DNA from: an uncultured bacterium
GTDB taxonomy: Bacteria; Lernaellota; Lernaellaia; Lernaellales; Lernaellaceae
Length of the DNA stretch: 64,000 bases
Assembly: GCA_964511015.1 (NCBI GenBank)
Contig: CAZEDX010000005.1
Span: 21,171-85,170 of the forward strand
Direction of reading: 5' to 3'
Shown here: in pieces, positions 26,316-35,361 of the stretch
How the letters are laid out: each line of letters begins with the position of its first letter
Numbering within the stretch: position 1 is the stretch's first letter
Position numbers and translations under genes: made by a program
The notes under the pieces: generated by a model
Told to the model about the DNA's origin: nothing
The model's database searches: none
Seen by the model: the letters and a program-made list of their open reading frames with translations, nothing else

Positions 26316-28520
26316 CTAACAGCCACAACCACCGGTGTCATCATCGTCGTCGGCCTGATCGTCATCGGCACCGGTATCGTCGTCGCTATCGTCGTCGTCG
26401 ACCGCGTCATCATCGGCGTCGTCATCGGCGACGGTGTCGTCGTCGACGTAGTCGTCGGGCTCTGGCCCCAAACCGCCGAACTTGAGATACGGTTCGTGTT
26501 TGGCCGCAAGAGCCGCAAAGGCCGGTTTGAACGTCGTGCGGTCCATGTGCGCCAAACCCATTGACTGCAGGTACGGCGCAATGAAATTCGGCAAGCCGTT
26601 CTTGGTGTACCAATTGAACACACAGAACCAGGTGGTGGCGATCAGGTTTCCCTGCGGGTTGACCTGGCCGTTCACGTCGAGCGCGGCAGTTTCGGCAAAC
26701 GCGGGCCAGGTGCCGTTAACCGTGTCCACCTGTCCTTGCGCGTCGCTATCGTCAGATTCCGACCAATAGCCGAACTCCGTGTCGATGATCGGGTGGTTCG
26801 GATACTTCTTCTGGAACTCGGTGATGAATTCGAGCGTTTCGCTGTACATGTCATCGCCGTAGAACACGCCGTAGTACATCGTCCAGCCGGCCACATCGAT
26901 TGGCGGCACCGACGCCGACATCAGTTTCCAGTTTTGCGCGGCCGGCGACTGGGTGATCATGCGTCCATCGGGGTAGTTGTCCCGGTGGTCGGCGGCCAGC
27001 ATGGCGTTGTAGTCGGCGACCTGCATTACCCACACAAACGGGCATTCGTTTTCCGTTCCCCAAAACATAACAGAGGGCCGGTTGAAATTGGATAGCACCA
27101 TTTCGCGAAACATCTGCTGGTGGATTCCGCGTGTGTTCTGGAGCGTCCAGTTCCAACCGAAGTTCCAATACACCGGAATCTCAGTCATCACCGCCATGCC
27201 CAGGCGATCGGTCAACACGTAGGTATACAAGTGGTTCGGGTAATGCCCTGTGCGCAGGAACAACGCCTTGAGATCGCGCCGCATGGTTACGATGTCGTCG
27301 CGGATGCGCTCCCAAGAGGCGGTGCGGCCGGTGTCGGGGTAGTCTTCATGGCGCGCAACGCCCGGAAAGAACGCCACGCGGCCGTTGACCAACAGCTTGC
27401 CGCCGTGCCGGGCGACGGTACGAATTCCGAATTGATTGAAATGCTCGTCGACCGCTTCGTTGTCGACTGCCAAGGTGGTCTTCATCACATAGAGGTGCGG
27501 CTCCTTTGGCGTCCATCGCAACGGACGCCGCACCCGAAGATCAAAGGAGAGTACCCGAAGTTGTCCGGCCGGCACAATAACGGCCGCTTGCGAATCACCT
27601 TCCAAGAAAGCTTCGTCGCCGATGATCGACGACGGATGTGGATCGGTCAGATAGCCCGCCGCCGCCGGGTCCGCCCGGTAGGCCGTTAAATCGACCGAAA
27701 CCTCTTCATCTGTAGCCAGGTCGTTGGCAACTACCACTTCGAGGTGCAGCGACCCGTTGTAGTCGACTGGCACTATGTTGGTTCGAACCACATGCACCGC
27801 CGGCATGCTTTCCAGGTAGAGATCCTGGATGACCCCGGTGTAGTCCCACCAATCCATCGCGATCCAAGAAGGAACGGCGTCTTGGCGCACGCCCGGGAAA
27901 GGCTTGTCGATACGAATGACCAGTAAGTTCTCGGCACCGTAGTTCAGGAACGGAGACAGATCGAAAGCAAACGGCGTGTAACCACCTTCGTGAACGCCGA
28001 CCCATTCGCCGTTGACCCAAAGGTCGAGAACATAGTTGGCGGCCAGGCAAACGAAATAGTTGGTACGGTCGGCCCAATCACTCGGGACCTCGACCACCCG
28101 ACGGTACCAAACGCCGTCATGATACGGCTCCGGCATATCCGACTCGTCACCGGGCATCGTGTTTTCTACACCCGGCAAGCGGTGCTGTGTCCAGCCGGAA
28201 TCGTCATAGCTCACAGTGTGACGCCCACCGCCGGCCGCCTCGATCGCGCCAATCGTCGTCGCATCGCGCAGTTCGAAGGTGAGATTGTGATCGAGGTGTT
28301 GGCGTTCCCGTTTCCATTGCCCAGCCAGGGAAACCACGTCATGATCCTGCGCTTCAAAATCAGGCACCGGAGCACCCGACTGGATGGGGACCATGACTCC
28401 ATCGACCTCAACGAAATCCAACGTCGTGGCCAGGGTGCCTGGTTGGCTGTCGCCTTGGGCAAGCGCAGCCGTCGTGAAACAGAACAGCAATAGAATTAGT
28501 AGTAGGCCGTCTTTTTTCAT
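26316..28520 (-). CDS. Secreted GH2-family glycosidase (beta-galactosidase/mannosidase/glucuronidase type) with a C-terminal poly-Asp tail ending GGCGC.
   Basis: Signal MKKDGLLLILLLFCFTTAALA (AAAGGAG RBS). GH2 sugar-binding domain WYRRVVEVPSDWADRTNYFVCLAANYVLDLWVNGEWVGVHEGGYTPFAFDLSPFL. Tail DDDTVADDDADDDAVDDDDSDDDTGADDDQADDDDDTGGCGC*. Confidence 0.75.
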   Translation of the reverse strand: MKKDGLLLILLLFCFTTAALAQGDSQPGTLATTLDFVEVDGVMVPIQSGAPVPDFEAQDHDVVSLAGQWKRERQHLDHNLTFELRDATTIGAIEAAGGGRHTVSYDDSGWTQHRLPGVENTMPGDESDMPEPYHDGVWYRRVVEVPSDWADRTNYFVCLAANYVLDLWVNGEWVGVHEGGYTPFAFDLSPFLNYGAENLLVIRIDKPFPGVRQDAVPSWIAMDWWDYTGVIQDLYLESMPAVHVVRTNIVPVDYNGSLHLEVVVANDLATDEEVSVDLTAYRADPAAAGYLTDPHPSSIIGDEAFLEGDSQAAVIVPAGQLRVLSFDLRVRRPLRWTPKEPHLYVMKTTLAVDNEAVDEHFNQFGIRTVARHGGKLLVNGRVAFFPGVARHEDYPDTGRTASWERIRDDIVTMRRDLKALFLRTGHYPNHLYTYVLTDRLGMAVMTEIPVYWNFGWNWTLQNTRGIHQQMFREMVLSNFNRPSVMFWGTENECPFVWVMQVADYNAMLAADHRDNYPDGRMITQSPAAQNWKLMSASVPPIDVAGWTMYYGVFYGDDMYSETLEFITEFQKKYPNHPIIDTEFGYWSESDDSDAQGQVDTVNGTWPAFAETAALDVNGQVNPQGNLIATTWFCVFNWYTKNGLPNFIAPYLQSMGLAHMDRTTFKPAFAALAAKHEPYLKFGGLGPEPDDYVDDDTVADDDADDDAVDDDDSDDDTGADDDQADDDDDTGGCGC

Positions 28521-28641
28521 CGTCGGCTCCTTTCTGTCCTTCATTGAGACATAGCCGGGGAGGTAAGTCAAGCATTATGGCACTCAGTGTCATATTGGAC
28601 GTCTTGTTTCGGGCGTCCGCTTCGGCTATCCACTGACTGCT

Positions 28642-29856
28642 ATGCAAGTTAACCGAGATTTCGACATAGCCGTCATTGGGGCGGGACCGGCGGGAACCCA
28701 TCTAGCTACACGGCTCGCTAAAGCTGGGCAGCGTGTCGCGTTGTTTGACCCCAAGGTGCCGTGGGAGAAGCCTTGCGGCGGCGGCATCACTCACAAAGCG
28801 TGGTCCCGCTTTCCGTTTCTGACCGATCCAACACTGCCGCGCAACGAGGTTTCGCGGTCGCTTCAGATTTCGAGCAACGGCCGTTTCTTCGTGATCGATC
28901 AAGGACATCCGCTGTTCATCGTGTCACGCCACGATCTCTCACGAATAATGTTGCAAAATGCTGTTAACGCGGGTGCGACCCATTACCCGCTGCCGGCCAG
29001 TCGGCTTGATACCTGGGGCCCACAAATGCGCATCAAGGCCGGACGCGATGTTTTCCAGGCGCGGACGGTGGTCGGCGCGGACGGCGTGCATTCGCTTGTT
29101 CGCAACTACTTTCTCGGACCATTGCCGCCACGCCGCACCCTTTCCGCCCTCGTGCAGTTCTTCGAAAAGGAGCCAGACGACCCGACCATGATTCAGGTCG
29201 CGCCGTTTCCCGGCTATGTCTGGTCTTTCGCGCGGCAAGATTGCCTTTGTGTTGGCGTCGGAGCGATGGAACACGGCCATGCCCTGAAACCGACGTTGGA
29301 TCAATTCATGCGACGGTTCTTTCCCGGCCGGAAACCAATCGGCGCCATACACGGCGCGCCGTTGCCATATCTCGCCGGACCTGGCGCATATACCGAACCG
29401 AGGGTCGGACCCGGTTGGGCACTGGTGGGTGACGCGGCAGGTTTCTGTGACACGTTGACCGGCGAAGGGATTCTGTACGCAATCTGGTCGGCGGATCTGC
29501 TGGCTGACGCTATTTTGCGCAATTGTCCCGGAGAATACGAAGCCGCCTGGCGCAACGAGTTCGGCGGCCATTTGCGAGCCGGCGCTTGGGCGGCAACCAG
29601 GCTGTACTCGCCCCGCAACATCGACCGCCTGTTCACGGCCATCACCGTCTGTCCGACCTTTCAGAAACAGATCATGGATTTCATCTGGAACCTGCCTCCG
29701 TACCACCAACTGGCTCGCCGGCTGCTGCGTCACGGTTGGCGGATTCACCGGGAATGGCGCCGTTTTCGAAAGAATGGCGGACAGGTGGACTTACAGGCCC
29801 TAGGGCCGTTTCAAGGGCTCGCGGACAGACTGACTTTCCGGTGGGACAAGGCTTGA
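28642..29856 (+). CDS. FAD-dependent oxidoreductase, geranylgeranyl-reductase family.
   Basis: DIAVIGAGPAGTHLATRLAKAGQRVALFD (GxGxxG)...GDAAGF. Confidence 0.8.
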   Translation: MQVNRDFDIAVIGAGPAGTHLATRLAKAGQRVALFDPKVPWEKPCGGGITHKAWSRFPFLTDPTLPRNEVSRSLQISSNGRFFVIDQGHPLFIVSRHDLSRIMLQNAVNAGATHYPLPASRLDTWGPQMRIKAGRDVFQARTVVGADGVHSLVRNYFLGPLPPRRTLSALVQFFEKEPDDPTMIQVAPFPGYVWSFARQDCLCVGVGAMEHGHALKPTLDQFMRRFFPGRKPIGAIHGAPLPYLAGPGAYTEPRVGPGWALVGDAAGFCDTLTGEGILYAIWSADLLADAILRNCPGEYEAAWRNEFGGHLRAGAWAATRLYSPRNIDRLFTAITVCPTFQKQIMDFIWNLPPYHQLARRLLRHGWRIHREWRRFRKNGGQVDLQALGPFQGLADRLTFRWDKA

Positions 29857-29925
29857 TCGCTTGACATCGACGCCGGCTCACGCGAAGCTTTTCTTTGATT
29901 CCCTGATCGATACGCCGGAGGAAAA

Positions 29926-30630
29926 GTGGACGTCTTGGACCCGCACCAACTCGCCGAACACAACGGGCAAGAAGGCAAGAAAGCCTACGTCGCCGTCGAC
30001 GGACGGGTCTACGACGTTACGGAATCCAAACGTTGGAAAAGCGGCAAGCACATGATGCGCCACAACGCCGGCGCCGACCTGTCCACGGAAATCAAAGCGG
30101 CCCCGCATGGAGCTGATGTTCTCGAACGCTTCGCGCAGGTCGCTACGCTCGCCGCCTTCGAAGGAAACAGCGGACCGCGAGTGCCTTGGCCGCTTTCGTG
30201 GATCTATGCCAAGTTCCCGATCGTCAAACGACATGCCCATCCGGTGACCGTGCATTTCCCCATCGCGTTTGCACTGGGATCGGCCCTCTTCCTGTTGCTG
30301 TTCCTGCTCACCAACGACCGCTCCTTCATTCACACGTCTCTGCACCTGATTGTCTTGACCGCCTTGACCGCCCCCGTGGCCATCGTAACCGGCTTTCAAT
30401 CATGGTGGCTGTACTACGGGCTCAAGCCGACCAAAGGCATCGTGTTCAAAATCGTGGCGGGCCTGGTCATTGTCGCCGTTGCTGTTGCCGCGTGGATGAT
30501 CTTCGCGTTTCTGCCGCTGGATGCTCGAACCGCCACCGCGGTCTATTCCTACCTGGCGCTGGTGGTGATCTGTTCCATGTTGGTGCTTATCAACGGGGCT
30601 ATCGGCGGCCAAATGACCTTTCCCGACTGA
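29926..30630 (+). CDS. Cytochrome b5-like haem-binding domain fused to a four-helix membrane domain.
   Basis: N-terminus HNGQEGKKAYVAVDGRVYDVTESKRW...HNAG (cyt-b5 fold), then four TM helices. Confidence 0.55.
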   Translation: MDVLDPHQLAEHNGQEGKKAYVAVDGRVYDVTESKRWKSGKHMMRHNAGADLSTEIKAAPHGADVLERFAQVATLAAFEGNSGPRVPWPLSWIYAKFPIVKRHAHPVTVHFPIAFALGSALFLLLFLLTNDRSFIHTSLHLIVLTALTAPVAIVTGFQSWWLYYGLKPTKGIVFKIVAGLVIVAVAVAAWMIFAFLPLDARTATAVYSYLALVVICSMLVLINGAIGGQMTFPD

Positions 30631-30642
30631 AGGGGGTCTTCC

Positions 30643-31392
30643 ATGCCCGACTATCGCGAACTCGCCCTCCGTTTCACCGAGGCCCTCGGCATGACCGGTT
30701 CGCCGGTCGGCTTCTACTACACTGATTCCAAACCAGCGAACGCCATCGGCTTCAAGGGAGTCGGCCGTGGTTCATGCATCATTTCGCTGGCCTTCAACGC
30801 TTCCAAGGGCACACCCGCCGCTTTCGACAAAGACACCCATGGCTGCCAGGGAGCCGGGCGTTTCTTGGGGTTCAAGACCGAGGTGCGCCGCTATTTCGCC
30901 GAGTTCCTATCGTGTGGTTTGGAAGGGATGGTCGAAGGCGAGCGCTACATTAAAACCCCTGCTTTGGCACAAATGAAGATCGAGCGCCAGCGGTTGCGGC
31001 CGGCGCCGGCTCGTTATGCGGTATTCGCGCCTTTGGATGCCCTGCCTGCCGGTGACGAACCTGAAGTGATCATCTTCTTCGTTACGCCGGATATACTCTC
31101 GGCCCTCGTCGTATTGGCGGACTACGACAATGCCCGCCTGGACAGCAACGTCGCCGTTATCTTCTCTTCTGGCTGCGGGCAAATCGTAGCCGAACCGTTG
31201 GCCGAACTGGCCACTCCAACCCCCCGTGCAGTACTTGGCATGTTCGACCCGTCGGCGCGCCCGCATGTGCCGCAGGACGTGCTGACCCTGTCCATTCCCC
31301 GCCCCCTCTTCTTGCGGATGGCCGACAACATTGCGGGCAGCTTTCTGGATACCGAAACCTGGCAGGTCATCAAGCGGCGAATCCAGAAATAG
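30643..31392 (+). CDS. DUF169-family protein.
   Basis: Overall similarity to the COG2043/DUF169 family, e.g. ...GSCIISLAFNASKG... and the conserved C-terminal region. Confidence 0.5.
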   Translation: MPDYRELALRFTEALGMTGSPVGFYYTDSKPANAIGFKGVGRGSCIISLAFNASKGTPAAFDKDTHGCQGAGRFLGFKTEVRRYFAEFLSCGLEGMVEGERYIKTPALAQMKIERQRLRPAPARYAVFAPLDALPAGDEPEVIIFFVTPDILSALVVLADYDNARLDSNVAVIFSSGCGQIVAEPLAELATPTPRAVLGMFDPSARPHVPQDVLTLSIPRPLFLRMADNIAGSFLDTETWQVIKRRIQK

Positions 31393-31482
31393 CTTCTTTG
31401 ACCTGTTGGCTACACCTCTTTGACGACCGCCAGAAACCCCTTAACCATTTGCTCTTAGCAACCGACTTACCAAATAGAGTCT

Positions 31483-32184
31483 ATGGCGAACGAAAAAGAC
31501 AGCCAACGTACCCAAATCAGCGGCGATGAGTTGCGCAAGCTTCTGGTCGACGCCAGTGGCCGTCGTATTCGTATTCGGCTTTTCTTTCCTCCCGAGGGAC
31601 CGGCTTTTTCCAGCAACCTGGTCCACGTCTACGATTCGCAGTTGTTGATGGACGGGGTCGGTTCGCCGGCGATTCGGCGGCTATTGGAGCAAGAAGTCCG
31701 CCTCGAAGCCGAGTTCAGTTTCCGGCGAACGGGCGTATTTCGTTTCTCCACCTACTTTGCGACGTTTAAAGACCACGTGAGCGAGCAGTTTCTGGTCGAG
31801 CTGCCGGCTGTAATCGACCATGTGCAGCGCCGCGGTGCGTATCGCGTCGAACCGAGCCGAACCTTGTCCGCCAACGTGATTTCCATCGGCGGCAAGGCCA
31901 CCCATGACCGAGTGAAAATCGAAAACGTCAGTATCAGCGGAATGTGCCTTTCCTTTCCCCAGCAGGCAGCAATCAAAGTTGGCTCGCTGTTGCGCTCGAT
32001 TCGCATTCATCTGCAGGATCTACCCGAATTCGTGGTCGACGGTGTGGTTCGCTCGATCACCCGCGGTGAAGACGGACGCTTCCGGCTGGGAGTGGAATGG
32101 TGGATGCTGGAAGTAGAACAGGAAAAGATTCTCAAACACTATATTTCGGCTTGTCAGATCATTGAGGTCAAAACGAGACACTAG
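31483..32184 (+). CDS. PilZ-domain c-di-GMP receptor, YcgR/flagellar-brake-like by context.
   Basis: PilZ motifs RRGAYRV (RxxxR) and NVSISGM (D/NxSxxG). Adjacent to flagellar genes. Confidence 0.75.
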   Translation: MANEKDSQRTQISGDELRKLLVDASGRRIRIRLFFPPEGPAFSSNLVHVYDSQLLMDGVGSPAIRRLLEQEVRLEAEFSFRRTGVFRFSTYFATFKDHVSEQFLVELPAVIDHVQRRGAYRVEPSRTLSANVISIGGKATHDRVKIENVSISGMCLSFPQQAAIKVGSLLRSIRIHLQDLPEFVVDGVVRSITRGEDGRFRLGVEWWMLEVEQEKILKHYISACQIIEVKTRH

Positions 32185-32483
32185 CCGTCAATTCGCTCGC
32201 CCTTCGTTCCACGGCCGTTCAGTTTGTAAAGGAAGGCCAATACCTCGGCCACGGCTTTGTATAGATTCGGCGGAATTTCCTCTCCGAGGGGAAGCTTCGC
32301 CAGCGCCGCCGCCAGGTCCGGGTCTTCGCGCAATGGCACATTGGCCGCCAGGGCGCGTTCGATGATTTTCTCTGCGATCGCCCCGAATCCTTTGGCGGTT
32401 ACCCGCGGCGCACGGTCTTTCTTCACATCGTACTTGACCGCAGCGGCAACCTTGCGTGGCTTATGGTCTTTTCTTTCGCTCAT
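32181..32483 (-). CDS. FlhB C-terminal-domain paralogue (YlqH/FhlB-domain protein).
   Basis: ...RAPRVTAKGFGAIAEKIIERALAANVPLREDPDLAAALAKLPLGEEIPPNLYKAVAEVLAFLYKL matches the FlhB C-terminal autocleavage-domain family. Confidence 0.8.
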   Translation of the reverse strand: MSERKDHKPRKVAAAVKYDVKKDRAPRVTAKGFGAIAEKIIERALAANVPLREDPDLAAALAKLPLGEEIPPNLYKAVAEVLAFLYKLNGRGTKGERIDG

Positions 32484-33610
32484 GCTCTCACATTGAGGGT
32501 CGAACCTTCAGCCGTCCCATACAACATCTGTGTCAGATCGGGTTCCGGCGCCTCCGTCAGGTCTTCCCGGACGGCAACCTGCGGCGACAACCCTTCCGCC
32601 TGCAACCCTTCGGTCAGTTCCGGCAAGGCCGCGCGTACGCGTTCCGCTACTTCCACTCCGCTGGTGTAGATCGTGGCGTTGACTGCCTGCCCCGTCACCG
32701 CGATCAAAGCGCGCACTTCGCCCAAGTTGGACAGACGGAGTTTGACAAAGGCGGTGCTGGTCGATGCGCTGTGTTCCGACCGCTTGGCATCGCGATCTTT
32801 GTAAATCCAGATGTCAGCCGGTTGCGCCTCTCCGTTCAGGATAAACGGCAACGACAGATAGACCGGCTGCCCGCGCGATTCCAGCAAGGCATTGAGCGCA
32901 CGGAACAAACCGATCTGTTCTTTGACCTGCGCGAACTGCCGCGTCAATTGGCCCACATCATCGGTCGACATATTGGGCGCCTCTTTCAGTACCGCCGCCC
33001 ATTCTTTCGATGACGAGGACAAAATGCGTTGCAACAACCCAGGCAGGTTGCGCCCAAGCGCCTCGCGCAGCCGTTCACCGACGGTAGCCGGCGACAGCCC
33101 AAAGAGCACCGCCAGGTTCATCAGCTTTTCGGCCAGACCCGGGCTGACGGTCAACGTCTCGGCCAAGACCGCGTGGGTGCGCGACAGCAGAGCCGCCAGA
33201 CCGCTTTTCGACCCTCCTAAGGCAGCCAACAAGCCGTTGCGGGCCAGGGTCGAAATGGCCACCGACCGTTCGGCCATTCCGCCCAACCGAGACCGCACAA
33301 CTTTGACTAGACTCGCCATTGCCGGATCGTCTTGGGTGTCCAACCTGCGCAATACGTACGACGTCCCATCGCGCTCCACCCTCACAGACATGCGATCGCC
33401 GACGTTCATCTCCCCGGTGGTTCGGGCCGTCACCGACGCGCCTTTGAGTTTAAGCAAGACGTTGCCGTCGGTGAATTTCTGTAAAACCTCTACATCGAGT
33501 CTCTCGCCGGAGCGTAAGGTGGCCAGCACACTTTCTCGGCGTGGAATCAGGACAAACGAGGTCTGCCGAATGGACGGTGTGGAAGGACCGAGATGAACCT
33601 TGGCCGGCAT
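32480..33610 (-). CDS. fliK: Flagellar hook-length control protein FliK-like.
   Basis: FliK-like C-terminal domain (...AFVKLRLSNLGEVRALIAVTGQAVNATIYTSGVEVAERVRAALPEL...) and flagellar-operon context. Confidence 0.6.
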   Translation of the reverse strand: MPAKVHLGPSTPSIRQTSFVLIPRRESVLATLRSGERLDVEVLQKFTDGNVLLKLKGASVTARTTGEMNVGDRMSVRVERDGTSYVLRRLDTQDDPAMASLVKVVRSRLGGMAERSVAISTLARNGLLAALGGSKSGLAALLSRTHAVLAETLTVSPGLAEKLMNLAVLFGLSPATVGERLREALGRNLPGLLQRILSSSSKEWAAVLKEAPNMSTDDVGQLTRQFAQVKEQIGLFRALNALLESRGQPVYLSLPFILNGEAQPADIWIYKDRDAKRSEHSASTSTAFVKLRLSNLGEVRALIAVTGQAVNATIYTSGVEVAERVRAALPELTEGLQAEGLSPQVAVREDLTEAPEPDLTQMLYGTAEGSTLNVRA

Positions 33611-33913
33611 CTATACCGTGATATTGATGTGTTTGGGCTTTTCCGCTTCTTCTTCCAACTCTTCGGACTCTTCGCTTGGCGCCAGTTCTTTCTTTGGCTT
33701 GCGGCGCCGTTGTTGCTCTTCTTCGCGCTCGCGCAAACGGACCATGTCGCGATCTTCGGAGTGCTTTACACTCTCCCGCTGGTGGGCTTGTTCCCGTGCG
33801 GCCTGCGACTCGACTTGCCGCTGCTTGGTGTCGACCTGCGTATGCGGTACATTCTGAACCTTGTCTATCAGGGCGGAACCAACGACGGTATTGACCATGC
33901 CGACCGGGCTCAT
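33611..33913 (-). CDS. Hypothetical charged protein in the flagellar operon.
   Basis: ORF start MSPVGMV overlaps the response-regulator stop (ATGA). Highly charged E/R/K-rich C-terminus. Confidence 0.4.
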   Translation of the reverse strand: MSPVGMVNTVVGSALIDKVQNVPHTQVDTKQRQVESQAAREQAHQRESVKHSEDRDMVRLREREEEQQRRRKPKKELAPSEESEELEEEAEKPKHINITV

Positions 33914-34314
33914 GATTTTCCTCCGGTCATGCCGGTCGCCCAAGCCCGGTGCAGCACATTGGCCAGGATCTCGGCATTAAACGGCTTGACCAAGACATAT
34001 CCCGCTTGACTCCGCACTTCGGCTTCATGGGATGCACATTCGCCGGGAGTCATCATCATGACAAACGGCAGGTTCGCCCAACGACTATCCTGGCGCATCG
34101 AATGAAGCATTTGCTGTCCGGAACAGTGGGGCATGGTCCAGTCAGCGATCACCATGTCGACACCATTGGGCAGTTTTTCGAGGGCATGACGGCCGTCATC
34201 GGCCTCGAAAATGTCCAATCGGCCAACGCGACGCAGCAATCGGCCCACAATTCGGCGCATAGCGGAAAAATCATCAACCACCAAAATTCTTTTATTTTCC
34301 AACTCTTGCGCCAT
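33910..34314 (-). CDS. CheY-like single-domain response regulator.
   Basis: KRILVVDDFSAMRR...DMVIADWTMP...KP receiver motifs. 134 aa. Confidence 0.85.
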   Translation of the reverse strand: MAQELENKRILVVDDFSAMRRIVGRLLRRVGRLDIFEADDGRHALEKLPNGVDMVIADWTMPHCSGQQMLHSMRQDSRWANLPFVMMMTPGECASHEAEVRSQAGYVLVKPFNAEILANVLHRAWATGMTGGKS

Positions 34315-34380
34315 AACACACCTTGTTCGGTATTTAATACCGTCTCTTATCTTGTCTATCGGTCGTTTTTCCGGATCTGA

Positions 34381-35157
34381 TTAGAGGGAATCTCGGGGGT
34401 TGCCACGCAACCGCTGTCTCAACCTAGCCTTCAGCCGCAAGACGGCCTTGTTGTGAATTTGCGACACCCGGCTTTCGGTAATTCCCAAAACCAGGCCGAT
34501 TTCCTTCATTGTTAGTTCATCGAAATAGTACATGCTCAACACAAAACGTTCATTCTTGGGCAGAGTCTCCAACGCCGTCGCAATGATATCGCGCACTTCG
34601 CGCAGATGCAGCAACGTGATCAGGTTCTCGTTATGCGGTTCCTTGTAGTACTCCAAGGCATTCCGGCGCTGCACGGAGTCCTTGCTGTAGCCCAGATCTT
34701 CAAAAGACAACAGGGTAACGCCGTTGGCCTTGTTCAACAGGTCGTGGTAATCGTCGATAGTAACACCCAATTCCTTCGCCAATTCCTCGTCGGACGCATG
34801 CCGTTTTTGCTGCAGTTCAACCCTTTCGATTGCCGCCTGCAGTTCGTGAATCTTCTGCCGAATGGAGCGCGGAACCCAGTCCAGATTGCGCAGTTCATCG
34901 AGAATTGCGCCGCGGATGCGGAACTCAGCGTAGGTTTCGAACTTGATATCCCGCGAGGGATCGAATTTCTCGATGGCGTCAATCAGCCCGAGTACACCGG
35001 TATTGATCAGGTCGTTAAGTTCGATCTGCGGTGGGAGCTTGCGGATAATTCGGTTGGCTACCAGTTTGATGAGAGGGAGGTACTGACGAATCAACACGTC
35101 GCGCATGACGAGTTGTTCGTCGGGATCAGCCTCCTTGTAGTCCCGAATATCGACCAT
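34381..35157 (-). CDS. fliA: Flagellar sigma factor sigma-28.
   Basis: Region 2 ...QYLPLIKLVANRII... and region 4 ...LTMKEIGLVLGITESRVSQIHNKAVLRLKA. Lies downstream of flhG. Confidence 0.85.
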   Translation of the reverse strand: MVDIRDYKEADPDEQLVMRDVLIRQYLPLIKLVANRIIRKLPPQIELNDLINTGVLGLIDAIEKFDPSRDIKFETYAEFRIRGAILDELRNLDWVPRSIRQKIHELQAAIERVELQQKRHASDEELAKELGVTIDDYHDLLNKANGVTLLSFEDLGYSKDSVQRRNALEYYKEPHNENLITLLHLREVRDIIATALETLPKNERFVLSMYYFDELTMKEIGLVLGITESRVSQIHNKAVLRLKARLRQRLRGNPRDSL

Positions 35158-35159
35158 CG

Positions 35160-35348
35160 CTAGCGCAACCACACCTTTTCGTAAAGCAACCCGCCGGCAA
35201 AGCCAACTACCCCGAACAGGCCCATCGCGATCACGGCCCGCTTGAGAATTGCCCAAAGCGGAACATGACCCCAGATCCCTGAGGCAACGGTGACCATACA
35301 AGCCACCACACAGAAACCGACAATGGTCTTTTTCGTCACGCGCCGCAT
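35160..35348 (-). CDS. Small two-TM membrane protein of 62 aa.
   Basis: ORF between flhG and fliA; hydrophobic. Confidence 0.3.
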   Translation of the reverse strand: MRRVTKKTIVGFCVVACMVTVASGIWGHVPLWAILKRAVIAMGLFGVVGFAGGLLYEKVWLR

Positions 35349-35361
35349 AGCGGCAGGCCCC

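Noticed and set aside
31393-31482. ttggctacacctctttgac upstream of the PilZ gene as a sigma-54 promoter.
   Set aside because: The -24/-12 spacing is off by 1-2 nt and the GC dinucleotide is absent.
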